This document shows positions 36,551-49,437 of a DNA stretch of 64,000 bases, one piece after another; within the stretch, counting starts at the first letter, position 1; each line of letters starts with the position of its first letter. The DNA is taken from NCBI RefSeq assembly GCF_002571385.2, contig NW_019217837.1, positions 833,714-897,713 of the forward strand. The letters run 5' to 3'. Below the pieces are notes generated by a model, which worked only from the letters and a program-made list of their open reading frames with translations, had not been told where the DNA came from and made no database searches. Origin of the DNA: Stylophora pistillata. Lineage: Eukaryota. The translations under genes and the position numbers were made by a program.

Positions 36551-38278
36551 ATGAGTAAGGATCAAGGAATGGATGTGGACAAGTCAGATTGTGAATTGTC
36601 CATCACAAAGCAGCTCAGCCTTATCTCGTTTGATAAGAAAAACGGCCGGGAGGGATTTTCCGATTGCAAGGATTTTCACAAAAACGAACTTTGCAAAAAA
36701 CGATGCGATTCAACTGGTTCTGTGAAGAGCTGCACTGATCAGCTGAGATTTATTCAAAAAACAGTGAGGGATACTAGTTGTGATGCAACGAGTAGCCATG
36801 ACACCTCAAGTAATCCAGAGCAATCGTTGCCATCACCAGGGAACATTGACAGCAAGCGACATACACTGCAGAAAGTACCAAGCATCACAGTGTGTGATGA
36901 TACCGAAAATCGGGCGGGTGTAGAATCAAGGAAAAATTCATTGTTCGATCCCAGGTTCCTGATGCCTACTGAGGTAGGTTTAATTGTAGTTCATCAACCG
37001 ATCGATCCATTAGTTCAATGATTGGTTGATTGATCGATTGGCGGACTGATTCATCGTGATTGATTTAGATTTTTGCAATCGCATTAACAAATCTATACTT
37101 TTAGTGATTTTCATTCTCTCTTAATTAATGATATGTTCAGGTGAAAAGTGCAAAATTGTCTCATACATACATACATACATACATACATACATACATACAT
37201 GGTTTATTTGATAAAGCAGGTTACTAGGTAGGCAAGACTAAAGTCCTGATGTGGACCTGCTACTAATTTAAAACTTTACACTTAATTAAGAAATAGAAAT
37301 ATGTACATATATATAGAAGTTACTAGTATTACAATAATTAGTTCAAAAATATGTATAAATATCGTCCTTATTCGTAATTGATGAAGATTCCTTTGAATAA
37401 GATATACTGCTCAAGATCTGTTTGTTTTTCTTCAGTTTTTCTTTGAAAGCTTCAAGGCTGGACGCCTCGTTTATGCTCCTTATGTCTCCTTACCTTCTTC
37501 AGTTATTCACTTGTCCGTTTATTTCCAGTCAAGTGTGGATGAAGCCAGATATCTTTTGGCATCCAGACGAGTCTCTTTACCATCTACTTCCAAAGGCATA
37601 CGCAGTAGGAGCCTTGATATGGTGGCAGAGGAACAGCCTTCTGACTCTGCACATGAGAGCAACACAAGTGTGCCACTTGCCTCTCTCGGACTTCCTCGGT
37701 ACCGAGCTAGGTCACGCAGTCTTGACACCGGCCTTAGAAAAAGAAATAATTTTTCTGCTTTCAAAGAATCTCTAAAGGTAATACTGGGAATGATTACTTC
37801 ATTTATGAAAAGTGCTGGTCCCCATTGCCTGTGTCCATATGATCATAAACGTATTCGTGCTCACCAGGGTGTTATTCCTGTTTCAAAGAAACTGTCGGTG
37901 GGAGGGGGGGTGTTACAAGATAATTTGGTTTTATCAACTGGGTTAATTAACTAAATTGGCCACACTGTAAACAGTTGCATCAGAGCAAAAGGCTAACGCT
38001 CCAAACGTCAGCTTAAGAAACCCTTTAAGGTAGCTGACTTACGTTTTCGACTCAGTTGATAAAACAAATTATCTTTTTTCCCCTTTGTCGAATTTTTGTT
38101 TTTTTCGTGGGTGCGTGCGTAATTATGTTCGCATGTGTGTTTGTTTCTTTCTTTGTGTTTCTTCTCGTACAGTTGTCTTCGGTAATCCGTTACGATGACA
38201 TATATGCGAACAGGCTAATGACAATTTGTCTCAATGTTTCAGTTACGTGACGTGCAAAAAACAAGGCTTGGTACGTGA
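36551..38278 (+). CDS. Uncharacterised Ser-rich protein (~235 aa) with multiple basophilic kinase motifs
   Basis: Exons 36551-36973, 37529-37777, 38243-38278 (all phase 0, GT-AG); upstream acceptor near 36286. Motifs PSITVC, RKNSL, RRVSLP, RSRSLD x2. Confidence 0.7.
37163..37262 (-). repeat. (CATA)n microsatellite, likely the tail of a minus-strand LINE 3' end
   Basis: About 9 CATA units followed by GGTTTATTTGAT (AATAAA on minus) and a short stem GCAGGT...ACCTGC. Confidence 0.6.
37880..38075. mobile_element. Degenerate second copy of the Penelope-terminus-like repeat
   Basis: Shares GATAATTTGGTTTTATCAACTG..TAAATTGGCCAC, GGCTAACGCTC.AAACGTCAGCTT and AAAGAAACTGT.GGTGGGAG with 31882-32104, in the opposite orientation. 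Confidence 0.65.
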
Positions 38279-40739
38279 GAAGAGATCTGTCGTTAGCAAA
38301 AGAAGTTACTGCAAGTTATTTAGACCTCTGTTATCCCTTCTGCAGTCTGCTACGAATGTCTTGGTGGTCTAATTTATGTTATGCAAAGGCCCGGACGCGA
38401 ACGCAACAGAGTACGACTTTCTTTTTGCTTGGTGGAAGCATTTTCCCGACTTAAAGGGATTTAAATGAATTTTCGAAGATCTTTTTATAAATTTTGAAAA
38501 GCTGATAAAATATGAGGTAAATTTTTTTTATCGAGCAGAACATTTTAGTGCCCAAACATCTTAAAATGTTTAGCTTTTTAGATGTAATGAATCATTTAAT
38601 AACTGAACAATGGAAACTTACCAGCAAGACTTTTTTATAACTAATTAGCCCGTTTCAGTTGATTACTTTTTATAACAAAATTTCAGTATACATTTTGCAG
38701 GTTCAAGTCTGACTGCTTTTTTTGGAAACATATGAACCCATTTATCTCAGTTTGAATGATAACATTCGAGTAAAAAAGAAAGGTTTATCTTGGTTAAAAG
38801 ACGTGTAATCTACATTCAACCATCTTTTGTTTGGACGTTATTTTATGCTAATAGTTTTTCAGGTCTTTTTTTAGCTGGATGTCTATGATAAAGACCGAGT
38901 GGAAAAATTCAGCGGGTTTGTTCTTCATGATAGTCAGAAATTCCAACTTGCACCAACGGGATTTCAAAGAGCACCGTTGTCAACTTCCGGTCTCAAAATT
39001 CAACGAATATAATTTCAAAGTGAGTTTCGAATGCGTGGTGCGACCGAGTTGCAGTTAAACGACGCGCCTTTCACAAAAATCGACTTCCATGAAAAACAAC
39101 CCTACAAGCAATCCCAGCTTAAATGCTTGAAATCCTAAGGATATAAAGACAACTTGTATTGTCATATCAATCGTCTTGTATGTCATTAACTTACAATCCT
39201 TCGTTTCCCTCTGTTTGACCACAGTTTGAGACCGCAGTGAACCACTAGCACGAAACTTACTGGAGTCCTCTCACTGACAAGATTTTTCTCTGGCTATTAG
39301 CCCTTCTACTTGCAAACAAAAATATGAAGCCGATCATAACTTCTCAATCCCACGATTTTGTCTCTTTTTTGCTACCTATAGCTCGATACTTATCAGGCGG
39401 TTTTGTATGCGCTAAACCGGAAAGGAACGTCATAGTCGTGTGAGACCTGGCCGCTAGAGGCCCCACCATTTATTACGTAGCGCACACAAAACCGTGAAGC
39501 TCAAGTAAATCAGCTGATATGGCAAACCATGACTACTTGCCTTTCATTTGTTATTCCGCCATAAGGTTCGATTGAAAATGGGTTGTTGGAAAATTATTCC
39601 GTTCAATCCGGCTAAAGGTCATATTGAAATTGTTTATTCTGGTCACATACCCCCTCCAATATGAGCCTATTTAACCCCAGCCCCCCTCCCCCATACTCAC
39701 ACAGACACACATAGGCAGAGCTACCACGTGACAGTTTACGATATTTCAATTTTTTTTCTTCCGATAATCATTTGCTGCATATTTAACCACTTTTAAAAGG
39801 AATGGAAACTGGACTAAGTAGTCTTCCTGCTGAGATGCATATAAAAGTATGAGGCCAAATGCTCGATCACAAAGCCATATACTTCCCACATACAAACATA
39901 TTTATTATAGCACGAGTTTAAAATTTACTTTGGAACCTCGCTTTGATTTTTAATCTTTGAAGTTAACATAAAACACACATACTCAGACAACTTTGAAAAA
40001 TTACTTACCTTCGATTCAGTTTCATCCGAAAAATGAGACGAAAGATTTGAATGTGGCCCTCAGTCTTCGATGACAACTGTATGATCCTGATTCTTCGTGG
40101 CTTTGTTAAGGGCCAAAATCCGTTAATATTCTTCATCGTACATTGTGTAATGCACAGGCAATTATTATAGGCCTGAAAATCCACATGCTTGCTTTCGAAA
40201 ATCCATTTTAATTGAGGTTTTTTTTTGCACGCAAATGTTCGTGTATATGGAGAAGATTTGCTAAAATTTTTATCGATGATGGACGGCTGCGTTCAAATAT
40301 TTCCCGCCTTCCGTGATGTCAAGTTAGACTCGCTTCTATGTAATTAAGTATGGTTTTTTTGAGATGCATTATAATGCCGGCTTCTCGACTTCTCTGTGCT
40401 TTCTGCGCAAAAACTAAAAGGCAGCGAATATCGAAAACCGAAAATCAGGTTAGTATTCTAGAATTATTTTGATAATGCAGTGTTTTGTTTTTCCCATTTC
40501 CCTGTCGACACTTTTGTCCGAGAAGTACTGCGGCTTGTCGCCTGCGACTTTAGCACATGTGCTCTGACATGCGCTGTACGATTTTCTTTACGCGCCAGAT
40601 TAGAAATTTTACCGCCATTTATGTGAACAGTAATGGATGTCGAGATTTCGAAGCATTGAGTCTGAATTCATAGCTTTGATCGATCTTTGCCCATTGCACA
40701 GCGCTTTAAACAGTTCATGTGGTCTTCTGGTTAGTGAAT

Positions 40740-43700
40740 ATGGCAAAGGTTCACATCATCGATGTGACAATCGGCCAAAATCCGTCTTCCTTCTGCAGTG
40801 ACTTTGAATTTCAAATTACCTTCGACTGCACTGAGGAACTTAACGAAGGTTTGTACTGTTTTATTTGAACTTTGTTCCTTTATGAATGCCAATTTTAAAT
40901 GGCATTAAGTCTCTGTCTCTCAATTTATTTTCTCTTGTGTAAATCCTGAAGATCTAGAGTGGAAGCTCATTTATGTTGGATCGGCCGAGAGTGATACGTA
41001 TGATCAAGTGTTAGACTCTGTCTTAGTTGGACCTGTCCCGATTGGAAGACACACTTTTGTGTTTCAGGTATTTCATGACATGTTTTATCTATTTTTTAGA
41101 TGATTTAAGCCTTTTCCTGTACAAATTCCAATATGAATTTGTACGATTTACCACTGTAATTAATGCTCTCTATACATGTACAATTGCCGTCGTGTGAACT
41201 TCGAGTGATGTACATTCCCCGATGATTTTATTTGAGCAACTGAAGAATTTTTCCGATTTCATTGACTTATGGTCAGGACCTTGCAAGCTTGGTGTTGATG
41301 TTGTGTCTTTAATCGATGAAGAATTAACGTGAGATCAGATCGCTCTGGACAAATGCCAATTATATGTTTCATTTTGACACTGAGTTTATTTGATGAAGAC
41401 TTCTTTCCAAGTCTTCTGGGCGCGATGACCCTCTTCACACCATCCTGATATCTTATAAAGACCTCTAAAGACCTCCCTAAACGGCCAAAGATGTCCATCA
41501 GCTTCAAAAACTTAGCTCATTAGCCAAGGCGCTGTCTCAAATATACCCCCAGGTCTATTGTTATTCAGTGGTAGAACATCCAGAATATTTCTTAGAAAAT
41601 CGTTGGTTTCTTTGTGTTGGTAGCACTTAATATTTCTCTTTCTGAGTGTACTTGTTATTTGCTGAGCCATTTCATGGTTGAATCATTGAAGATTTTTGAG
41701 AGTGTTGGCAAAGACATTTACCATACTTTAGTGGCTTTGGCAAGAGTACCATATAACCCCATACTTTAATTATGCATTCAGTCTTTGTTAAATGAAAACA
41801 ATAGTGATAACAATAGAACTCCTCAGAGACTAGTAGTCTTTGTTTTCAAGATTTGGATTTTTTTTGTCTTTTTTGAAACAGGGTAAATTTGGTGCGTTTT
41901 GGCTTTGTAAAACAAGAAATTTAAGGCATTTTCCAGAGGTTTTTAATTTTGAAATATAGATTAATGTTCAGTTTCACGTTGAAAGCTTATGGGTGACTGG
42001 AAAATAATATCAAGGCTATCATCAGGCTGTAAAGTTTGTCAATGCAAAGTTTACATAAATGTTATATCTAACCTGTTATTGTGGTTTTGGTTGATTCTTT
42101 CATTATCTTTTCGTGCCCGAGTGATGAAAGTAGATCACGAAGGCCGGTGCATACGGCGATGCAAAAAAACCTTNNNNNNNNNNNAGGAGAAATTAGTGGG
42201 AATAGAGGGGAGAAGGGAGAGGAACATAAGACAAACATAGAGAAGGAAAAGCCACTCTCAAACAATTTCTCTTTTATTGAAGCAGTAAGTACTCATTAGT
42301 AATGTATATATGCTAAACCCTTTGGGAATAAGTTATTGTCTTGAAAAACAATAACATGCATACATAATTAATGGAATGGAATGCATAATTAATGTATGGG
42401 GTTATATGGAACTTTTTCCGTGGCTTTTTCTTACAGGGCTGGGAAAGTTTTAGTTCTGTGAGAGTCAGTTATAATTAGGAGAATGACAGCTCTGGGATTG
42501 ATTCAGTTTTTTATTGATTATGAAAAGACTTTTGGAAGGTGTCACATTTTTAATCAAGAGAAGTAATACTTTCAGATGACATGTTTGAAAAAGCATCAAA
42601 TTATTGTGTTCTCAAAAACCAATCCATGCATTAAACCATTTATGTTTGACTAAAACAATCTGTGGACTAGTTAGTTTAGTTCTTCGTAACATCACATACA
42701 GTCTTTCATTGTGTGGTGCTGAAGCCAAGCTTAGCACAATTAAGAGCTTTCTAGAGAGATGCTGTAAGCAAAGACATATTCACAACCATAAACAGACATG
42801 AACTTTTAGATATACAGGACAAGAAAGTACCTAATAAAGTGGAAAAATTAGATTTACATCCTCTTAGAAATATAATCACTAAGAAAAGGACATGAAATAT
42901 GATAGTAGAGACAAGTCTTGTTAATACAGACCCTTTTAAAGATTCCTTAGAAAATTGTCCAATTTTTAATCTCAAGGTAGTGTTGAAAGTTTGGAATGTT
43001 GTACTGTTTTTACCTTTTTAGGATGTTGTTCTACTTTTTAACATAAGATGTAATTTTCATCTTTTGAAAAAATAAAAACTATCAGACTACTACTAAAAAT
43101 TAAATGTATTTGGAACAATACATGTTCATCAATTTTGTGTAAACAGTTTACATATGGATGTCCTGAGACACTTGATAGATAATTCTAAAACTTTGCATGG
43201 ACCCTATAAAGGTAGTAACTTCATTTTGAGTGCAAAAAAAAAAAAAAAGGGAATGGTTATTTGGTGTTTTAACGTCGTGTATCTTTTTGTGATTGCTTCA
43301 GTATTTGTACAGTGAGATAGTTTTTCCTTTCAAAACATTGTATGAGTGCAATTTGTTGTTTGATGATTGCTAATTGTTTCTAAGTAATATAATATGCTAG
43401 TGCAATCACTGGCCACCATTATGGCATCAACAAAACACATCACTCATCAAGCCCATGCTAAAACCAAATTGAATGAGGTGGTAATTCCAAGCAGAGCAAT
43501 TGTCACACCTATCATCTAGTTACTTTTTCATTTAAAATAATTTAAAATTCAAGATACAATCCAGTTTTTTAGTTACAACCTTTGGTCCTGGGAGATGTGT
43601 AAAAATGTTTGAAGAATTAAATGAGGCAATGTTTTCTTAACTCAGTTTGAAAAGCTCCTGCTACTCATTGCTGCATACGACTTACCTTTTTGCCACATAG

Positions 43701-45246
43701 AGTACTTGTGTCTTGTTTTTTGATATTGCACAAGTTTTCCTACACCTCCTAAACTTCCTCTGTTACACTTTGACAGATGCTTCCTTCAATATAGAGAAAT
43801 TCATTTTTTTTTACACTTTTTGTTTAACTTACAAGTACAGTTGATGTTGAAAGCAATGATTATAAAAGAGCCTTTATTGCCTCATGTTGTACTTTAGTTT
43901 CATTGGATGCAATTGCAATGTGTTAAATGTTTTCTTCCTCTTTTAGGCAAAATCTCCAGATCCTAGTCAAATCCCAGATGAAGACTTGGTTGGTGTAACC
44001 GTGATCCTTTTAACTTGCTCATATAAAGACAGAGAGTTTGTGCGAGTAGGATACTATGTAAACAATGAGTACACTGAGGAAGAAATGAGAGAGAATCCTC
44101 CCACTAGGCCTCTCATAGAAAAGGTATTTATTTAACAAATGGTAAACACCACAGCGTACACTATTGAGTTATGGATGCATGCGGGAGGTTGCTAAGCACG
44201 AAAGAAGCGTAAGAGTCGNNNNNNNNNNNNNNNNNNNNNNNNNNNNNNNNNNNNNNNNNNNNNNNNNNNNNNNNNNNNNNNNNNNNNNNNNNNNNNNNNN
44301 NNNNNNNNNNNNNNNNNNNNNNNNNNNNNNNNNNNNNNNNNNNNAACTTACCAAAAACCACTTGACAGCTCGTGCACTCGACGGCCTTTCGATCCAAATG
44401 CAAAATGGCGGCCTGAAAATCTCGGGCACGCGCAGAGAGCAAAATTTCGACATAGTTTTTGGGTTGAAAAGTCACGCCCCACTTACGACTTCTACTTTTC
44501 TCTCTTTCTCCTGCCCTTTTTTTCCCCTCTCCTTGCCTAAAGTTTCTCCTCACTTGCTGGAAATTGAGTAGGCTTCATTTTGGTGTAGAGATTTTTCAGA
44601 AACTACTCATTATTTTCAAAGCACATGCTCGGAAAGGTAGGTGGGTAGTGAAACACGATCTTCGTGCAGATTTTCCAGTCAAAGTGACACGGTTTTTTGG
44701 CTATTTCTCCAATCTCCTCCACTCAATTGCGCTCATTCTGGTATCGTCTGCAAGATATTTTCAACCCGTTCAAGTACATGCTCGAATTCGTGCTCCAGAG
44801 TTAAAATTGAGGACGTCACAGGGCGTAGAAAGGGTGTGGCTCCCCATGGGCGCATACGGGCGCACTGGACGTTAATGGGTTAATTAAACTTAACCACTTC
44901 CAAATGGGTGTGAACATGTATTAATGTTATCTTTGCATTGAAAAATCTCCATTTTATTTTTAATATTTTGGAACTAGTTGATTTTATTATTGTTAATAGT
45001 AGTTGTTGTAGATTCCTATCATCTTTTAAAAGAAATTGTTGAGAAGATTTACCCAAACTTCTAGCATGTTTGATGTTAGGTCATCTACACTTTAATCACC
45101 TCTGCATTCTACAAGATTGCTACTTTTGCTTAGGATGACTGAGTGCTGAATGTTTTGCTTACTTGTCTTTTTCCTTTCAGCTTCAAAGAAATATACTTCA
45201 TTCAAAGCCACGAGTTACAAGATTTAAGATTGACTGGAATGATTAA
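40740..45246 (+). CDS. ASF1: Histone H3-H4 chaperone ASF1 (155 aa)
   Basis: Exons 40740-40848, 40952-41067, 43947-44123, 45181-45246 give MAKVHIIDV...[48 protein letters not shown]...[26 protein letters not shown]...[21 protein letters not shown]. Confidence 0.97.
44134..44218. mobile_element. Left arm of the same palindrome element as 28212-28401, running into an N gap
   Basis: ~85 bp nearly identical to the left arm starting at 28212, inserted ~10 nt after the ASF1 exon 3 donor. Confidence 0.9.
44345..44883. mobile_element. Probable piggyBac-type non-autonomous element, one end lost in the gap
   Basis: GC-richer block ending ...GGACGTTAATGGG followed by TTAA (CCC terminus plus TTAA target). 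The other end is not visible. Confidence 0.45.
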
Positions 45247-45677
45247 CTTAAGAAAGCATGCTTTCACACTTGTAACCTACAGCTGTATTTTGTTATAGAT
45301 AGCTTCATTCCAATGAGATGAGATGAGATGTTAGATTTTAGCAGGAACAAATCATTGCTTTAAAACTAAAACTAAAATATCAATTCCAAAGAATGTAATC
45401 CTTTATGCAGACGCCTGTGCAGCAGTTTTGTACATATTTTTTTATTTCTATTTTTGAGTTGGTGGAAATAACTTACACTGTTAATTATATGGAGGTCTAT
45501 TAGAATTTTGTCTAACGTTGAATTTTTTAGCCCAAGCTGGCCTGCTTTTTTTCATGTGGCATGAATAGTACAGTCATAATACAGTATATTTTGATCCACT
45601 CCTGTGTATGTGCTCCTATGATTTTAAGGGACACTGCAGCATTTCTATGCATATCAATAGGATATTCAGATCAACTA

Positions 45678-45847
45678 TACACCGAATAGAAATATGGCAT
45701 CCAATTTGAACTGCCATTGTTCTAGAGGCTGTTCCACTAGCCTCTCACACATGTAAAAATCCTTTTTGTGTTTTCCACGTGAAGACGAGGCTAGTGAGTC
45801 CAGAACAATGGTAATTCAAATTGGACGCCATATTTCAATTCGGTGTA
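45678..45847. mobile_element. MITE with ~45 bp TIRs and TA target duplication
   Basis: TA|TACACCGAATAGAAATATGGCATCCAATTTGAA...TTCAAATTGGACGCCATATTTCAATTCGGTGTA|TA. Confidence 0.85.
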
Positions 45848-46824
45848 TAGGCTTTGGTTAAACATGTATCCTGTATAGGAAAGAACTATGTAAGCAACCT
45901 AAACTATTGAACTAATTGGAAACAGTTATCTTCATTCTAGAAGCTTTCTGTACAATTGTACTGGAATATTTGTAGCTAAAGAGGAGGGGATATGCATGTA
46001 AGGTTGCTTGTATGATAAGAAGTGTAAATTTTCATGCAACGTGATTACACATCCCTGTATTACATTTTAACCCTGGTGTAGCACCCCTTGTTAAACAAAA
46101 TATTTGGCTACACACTCAGATACTTAGACAAAACACAGCTGTAGTTTAACACTCAGAGCTTTCAGTGCAAAATTTGAATCCTGTTGGCTCAGTAACATTT
46201 GTCAAGCATTAGATAAAAAGACATGAACCAGTTAACACAAGTGAAAGGCGTTTAGAATTACTTTAAATACCCAGTTTAATAAAATAAGTTGAAGAAAACC
46301 TTCAAGTTTTTTTGTCCTTTTATATAAACGCCTTTTGTTTCTGCAACGTAAGAATAGTTTCTGGAAACCAACTTCCAATCGACCTTCTACTTAACAAACC
46401 AGCTTGTTCAGAGGTATAACACAAACCCTCCGCCGAATGGAGAACCCGAGCCTTTCGTAACATAGTACAGAGGACGAATCTTCAATCAAAAAGTAAGCTT
46501 TTCCGTTATAGTTGTCACTTTAAATTTCAAGGTAAAAGATATAATATGCCAATTCGTAAAAAATTGTACACGAGAGGGGAACTTGAACAGTGAGTTAGAA
46601 CGATGCATGGACGATTTGGGTACCTTTCTGCAGGGAAGGTGTTGTGCTTCTCTTTTAAAGAAAAATTGTACTGCGGCATAAGTTGATAAACACTTTATTT
46701 ACTGTAAGATGTACAAAGCACGCTTGTTTAGTCTTGCGATAAAATATCTATAAAACTACCAGAAGGGAATATACTTTACAAGCTATACACTTTACGGCTG
46801 CCAATGCCTACCTAAACTGTTTAA

Positions 46825-47127
46825 GGCTGCGTTCACACGAATTACGGTCTTTTCGTCCAGAAGTCTCTTCGTCCAAAAGTCTTCTCGTCCACTTGGTGCC
46901 CGAGCATTAGTGCCTGGGCACCGGCACAAAATGGTGCTGCGTTCAGACACTGGGTACCCGATATATCAGTGCCCGAGTACAATTGCAATTACAATTGACC
47001 TTGTACTCAGGCACGGGCACGGTACCCGAATTCTGGCGTAGGTACTTTAAAAAAGGTGTGTTCACATTAGTAGCCATCAAGAATCGTACTGCGACACCGT
47101 GCTCGAGCACCCAGTGTGAACACAGCC
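46825..47127. mobile_element. PIF/Harbinger-type MITE
   Basis: TAA|GGCTGCGTTCACAC...GTGTGAACACAGCC|TAA (13/14 TIR match, 3-bp TAA TSD), with internal repeats of the TIR motif. Confidence 0.88.
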
Positions 47128-47533
47128 TAAGAGCCTAGTTTTAACATTTACACTGCATCCATAACTGTTCTTCCCTTGCTGTTGTTTGCTTTGTTTTGTT
47201 TTGTTTTTTAACAGCCAAACCATTTTACTAAGCTTTTAAGAAAATTTAACGGCCTTTCATTTGTTTAGTATTTTTTCATAAAAAAAAATTAATTTTTTGG
47301 ACAAATTTCTCAATCAAAGTATTTCGTCAGTTATATTTTGGTTGCTTTTCTTAGAAACAACTACGTGCCTGTCGTTCGATACTTCTACTATTGAGTTGGA
47401 AAACCATGTTTGACGGTGAACCTACTTCGAGCAGGTAGGACTGCAGCTTTATCAGGTCTTGAGAGCAAGGGAAATAACCTGTACATTGTTATGTAACAAA
47501 GGCATAGTAGTTGTGTCCTGTTAATGTTCTTGT

Positions 47534-49378
47534 CTATCTTTGGTTTTGTCGCGTATTTTCTGACGCCTCTCTAGCTGCTGACGCCGTTGAGTTTCTATTG
47601 CTGTCATGATGCTGCGGAAGAGAGGGTGAAACCAATTCTAACAAAACTCCTTTTGATGAACTACTGTCGTTTGGCTTCAATACAAAGTCACTTTCGCAAA
47701 CACATCAGACATTTATTACATCGTGACATAATTCATAATTATTCTTTACCCGTTTTAAGAGCGGGAAAATGCAAGTGGTCAAATCGTGATTGGTTTTCTT
47801 TCATCTTATTGGTTTGGAACCAATCAGAGAGCGTGATAAAAAAACATCCTGACCCATTTTAACGGCAGGAAAGTACAGTCTCCATCACTTTAACAGACCT
47901 TATCCCTAACTAAGCGTTCTGCTCCTTACCTGAATATGATTGGTCGATTGTTCTGAACTCGAACCACTTTCTCCGCTCAAACGCAGGTTTCTTACAAGAC
48001 TCCTACTGTGTTCACCGGTTGAAACTCCACGCACGCGCACTTGCCCATCTGAAAAATGGTTTCTTTGAGTGAGCTCATATTGTTCGAAATTATCTCGCTG
48101 TTGCGTTAGTTTTTGAAAACCGATTGTGGGTATCGTACTTATTCGGTTACATTTCGGGCATAGCTTATAGATACAAGAATAATGTTATTTCGGTTTCAAT
48201 TTCCTTAAAATATAGCAAGTATCAACATAGTTGATAGAGCTCTATTAACTATGGCATCAAATACTTTTGCAATGACTTGAAATGAGTGAAAACTAAGTTT
48301 AGGCTGCTTCAATGGCCTTCTATTCCTTTCTTCCCCAATTAATGGGTCAGTTGATAATCCTGCAAAAAAGTGTTCACAATCGACCAACTACTTCAGTTGT
48401 AATTTAAAAAAATCATGCGTAAACTAGACTGCCTTACCTGTGACATGCACAACAAACGTATTCCTTTTGCTCTCTATGGTACCCTGCAAGAAAAAAAGAA
48501 ACTCTGTAAGACTGTGGTAGACGCTACAGCAGTGCAGTTTTCCCATGAAGTGCAGAGAAAGCCACCTCTTAAACCATCATAAGATAATTCTTCCTTACCT
48601 TCAGCGCATTTCGCTGCGTTTGTTAAGATGAGGGGAGATGAAGATAGCAGAATTTCTACTTAATGCAAGCCGTAAACCAATATAGAATTCCTTAGCAATA
48701 GTATCAAATCTTGGTTTGTTTCCTTAGTTACTTACTAGTGAGTCAGCTGAATCGCTCATTGTTTGGTTTTTTCCCTTGAAGTTGTCAACATAGCCCCTCT
48801 TTGATTTGGAGCGAGAGTCTGATTTGCCGGATTCAGAACTTGATGGTTTCGTTAACAAGTAGCGCTTGTCTTCTTCATGACAACACAACACTCGACGATA
48901 CTCACGGCGAACCTGCCAGTTTTAAAGAAACGAGCGTAGAACTCAGTAGACGAACCGATTGCCCTGAATCACTGACTTACTGACCGAAAACGCAAATTGA
49001 TACTGAAGCAAAAACCGTGAGGGTAACTCACTGATTTCTTACCTTTTCATCTCCAACGCAGTGAAATAAAAAGATGAACAAACCCTACAGGGAATATAAT
49101 AAAATACAATAGTTTACAATGACACTATGAGTGTATCTTCTCCTTCTCTTGTTCAGTGCCGATACTCAGCCATGAAAGAGGACGAAAGATTTCACGTACT
49201 TTACCTGAAGTGTGTTAAATATTGTGAAAAAATAGGCCATAAAAAGTGATTCTTGATTGATATAGAACACTCCAAACATCCATGAAAGACCAAGAATACA
49301 AGTCAGGAGCACGCACGCTTTTGACCAACGTCTGAAATAAAGACAAAACAAAAACAACTTTTGGTAACTGATAGATAG

Positions 49379-49437
<59 letters not shown>

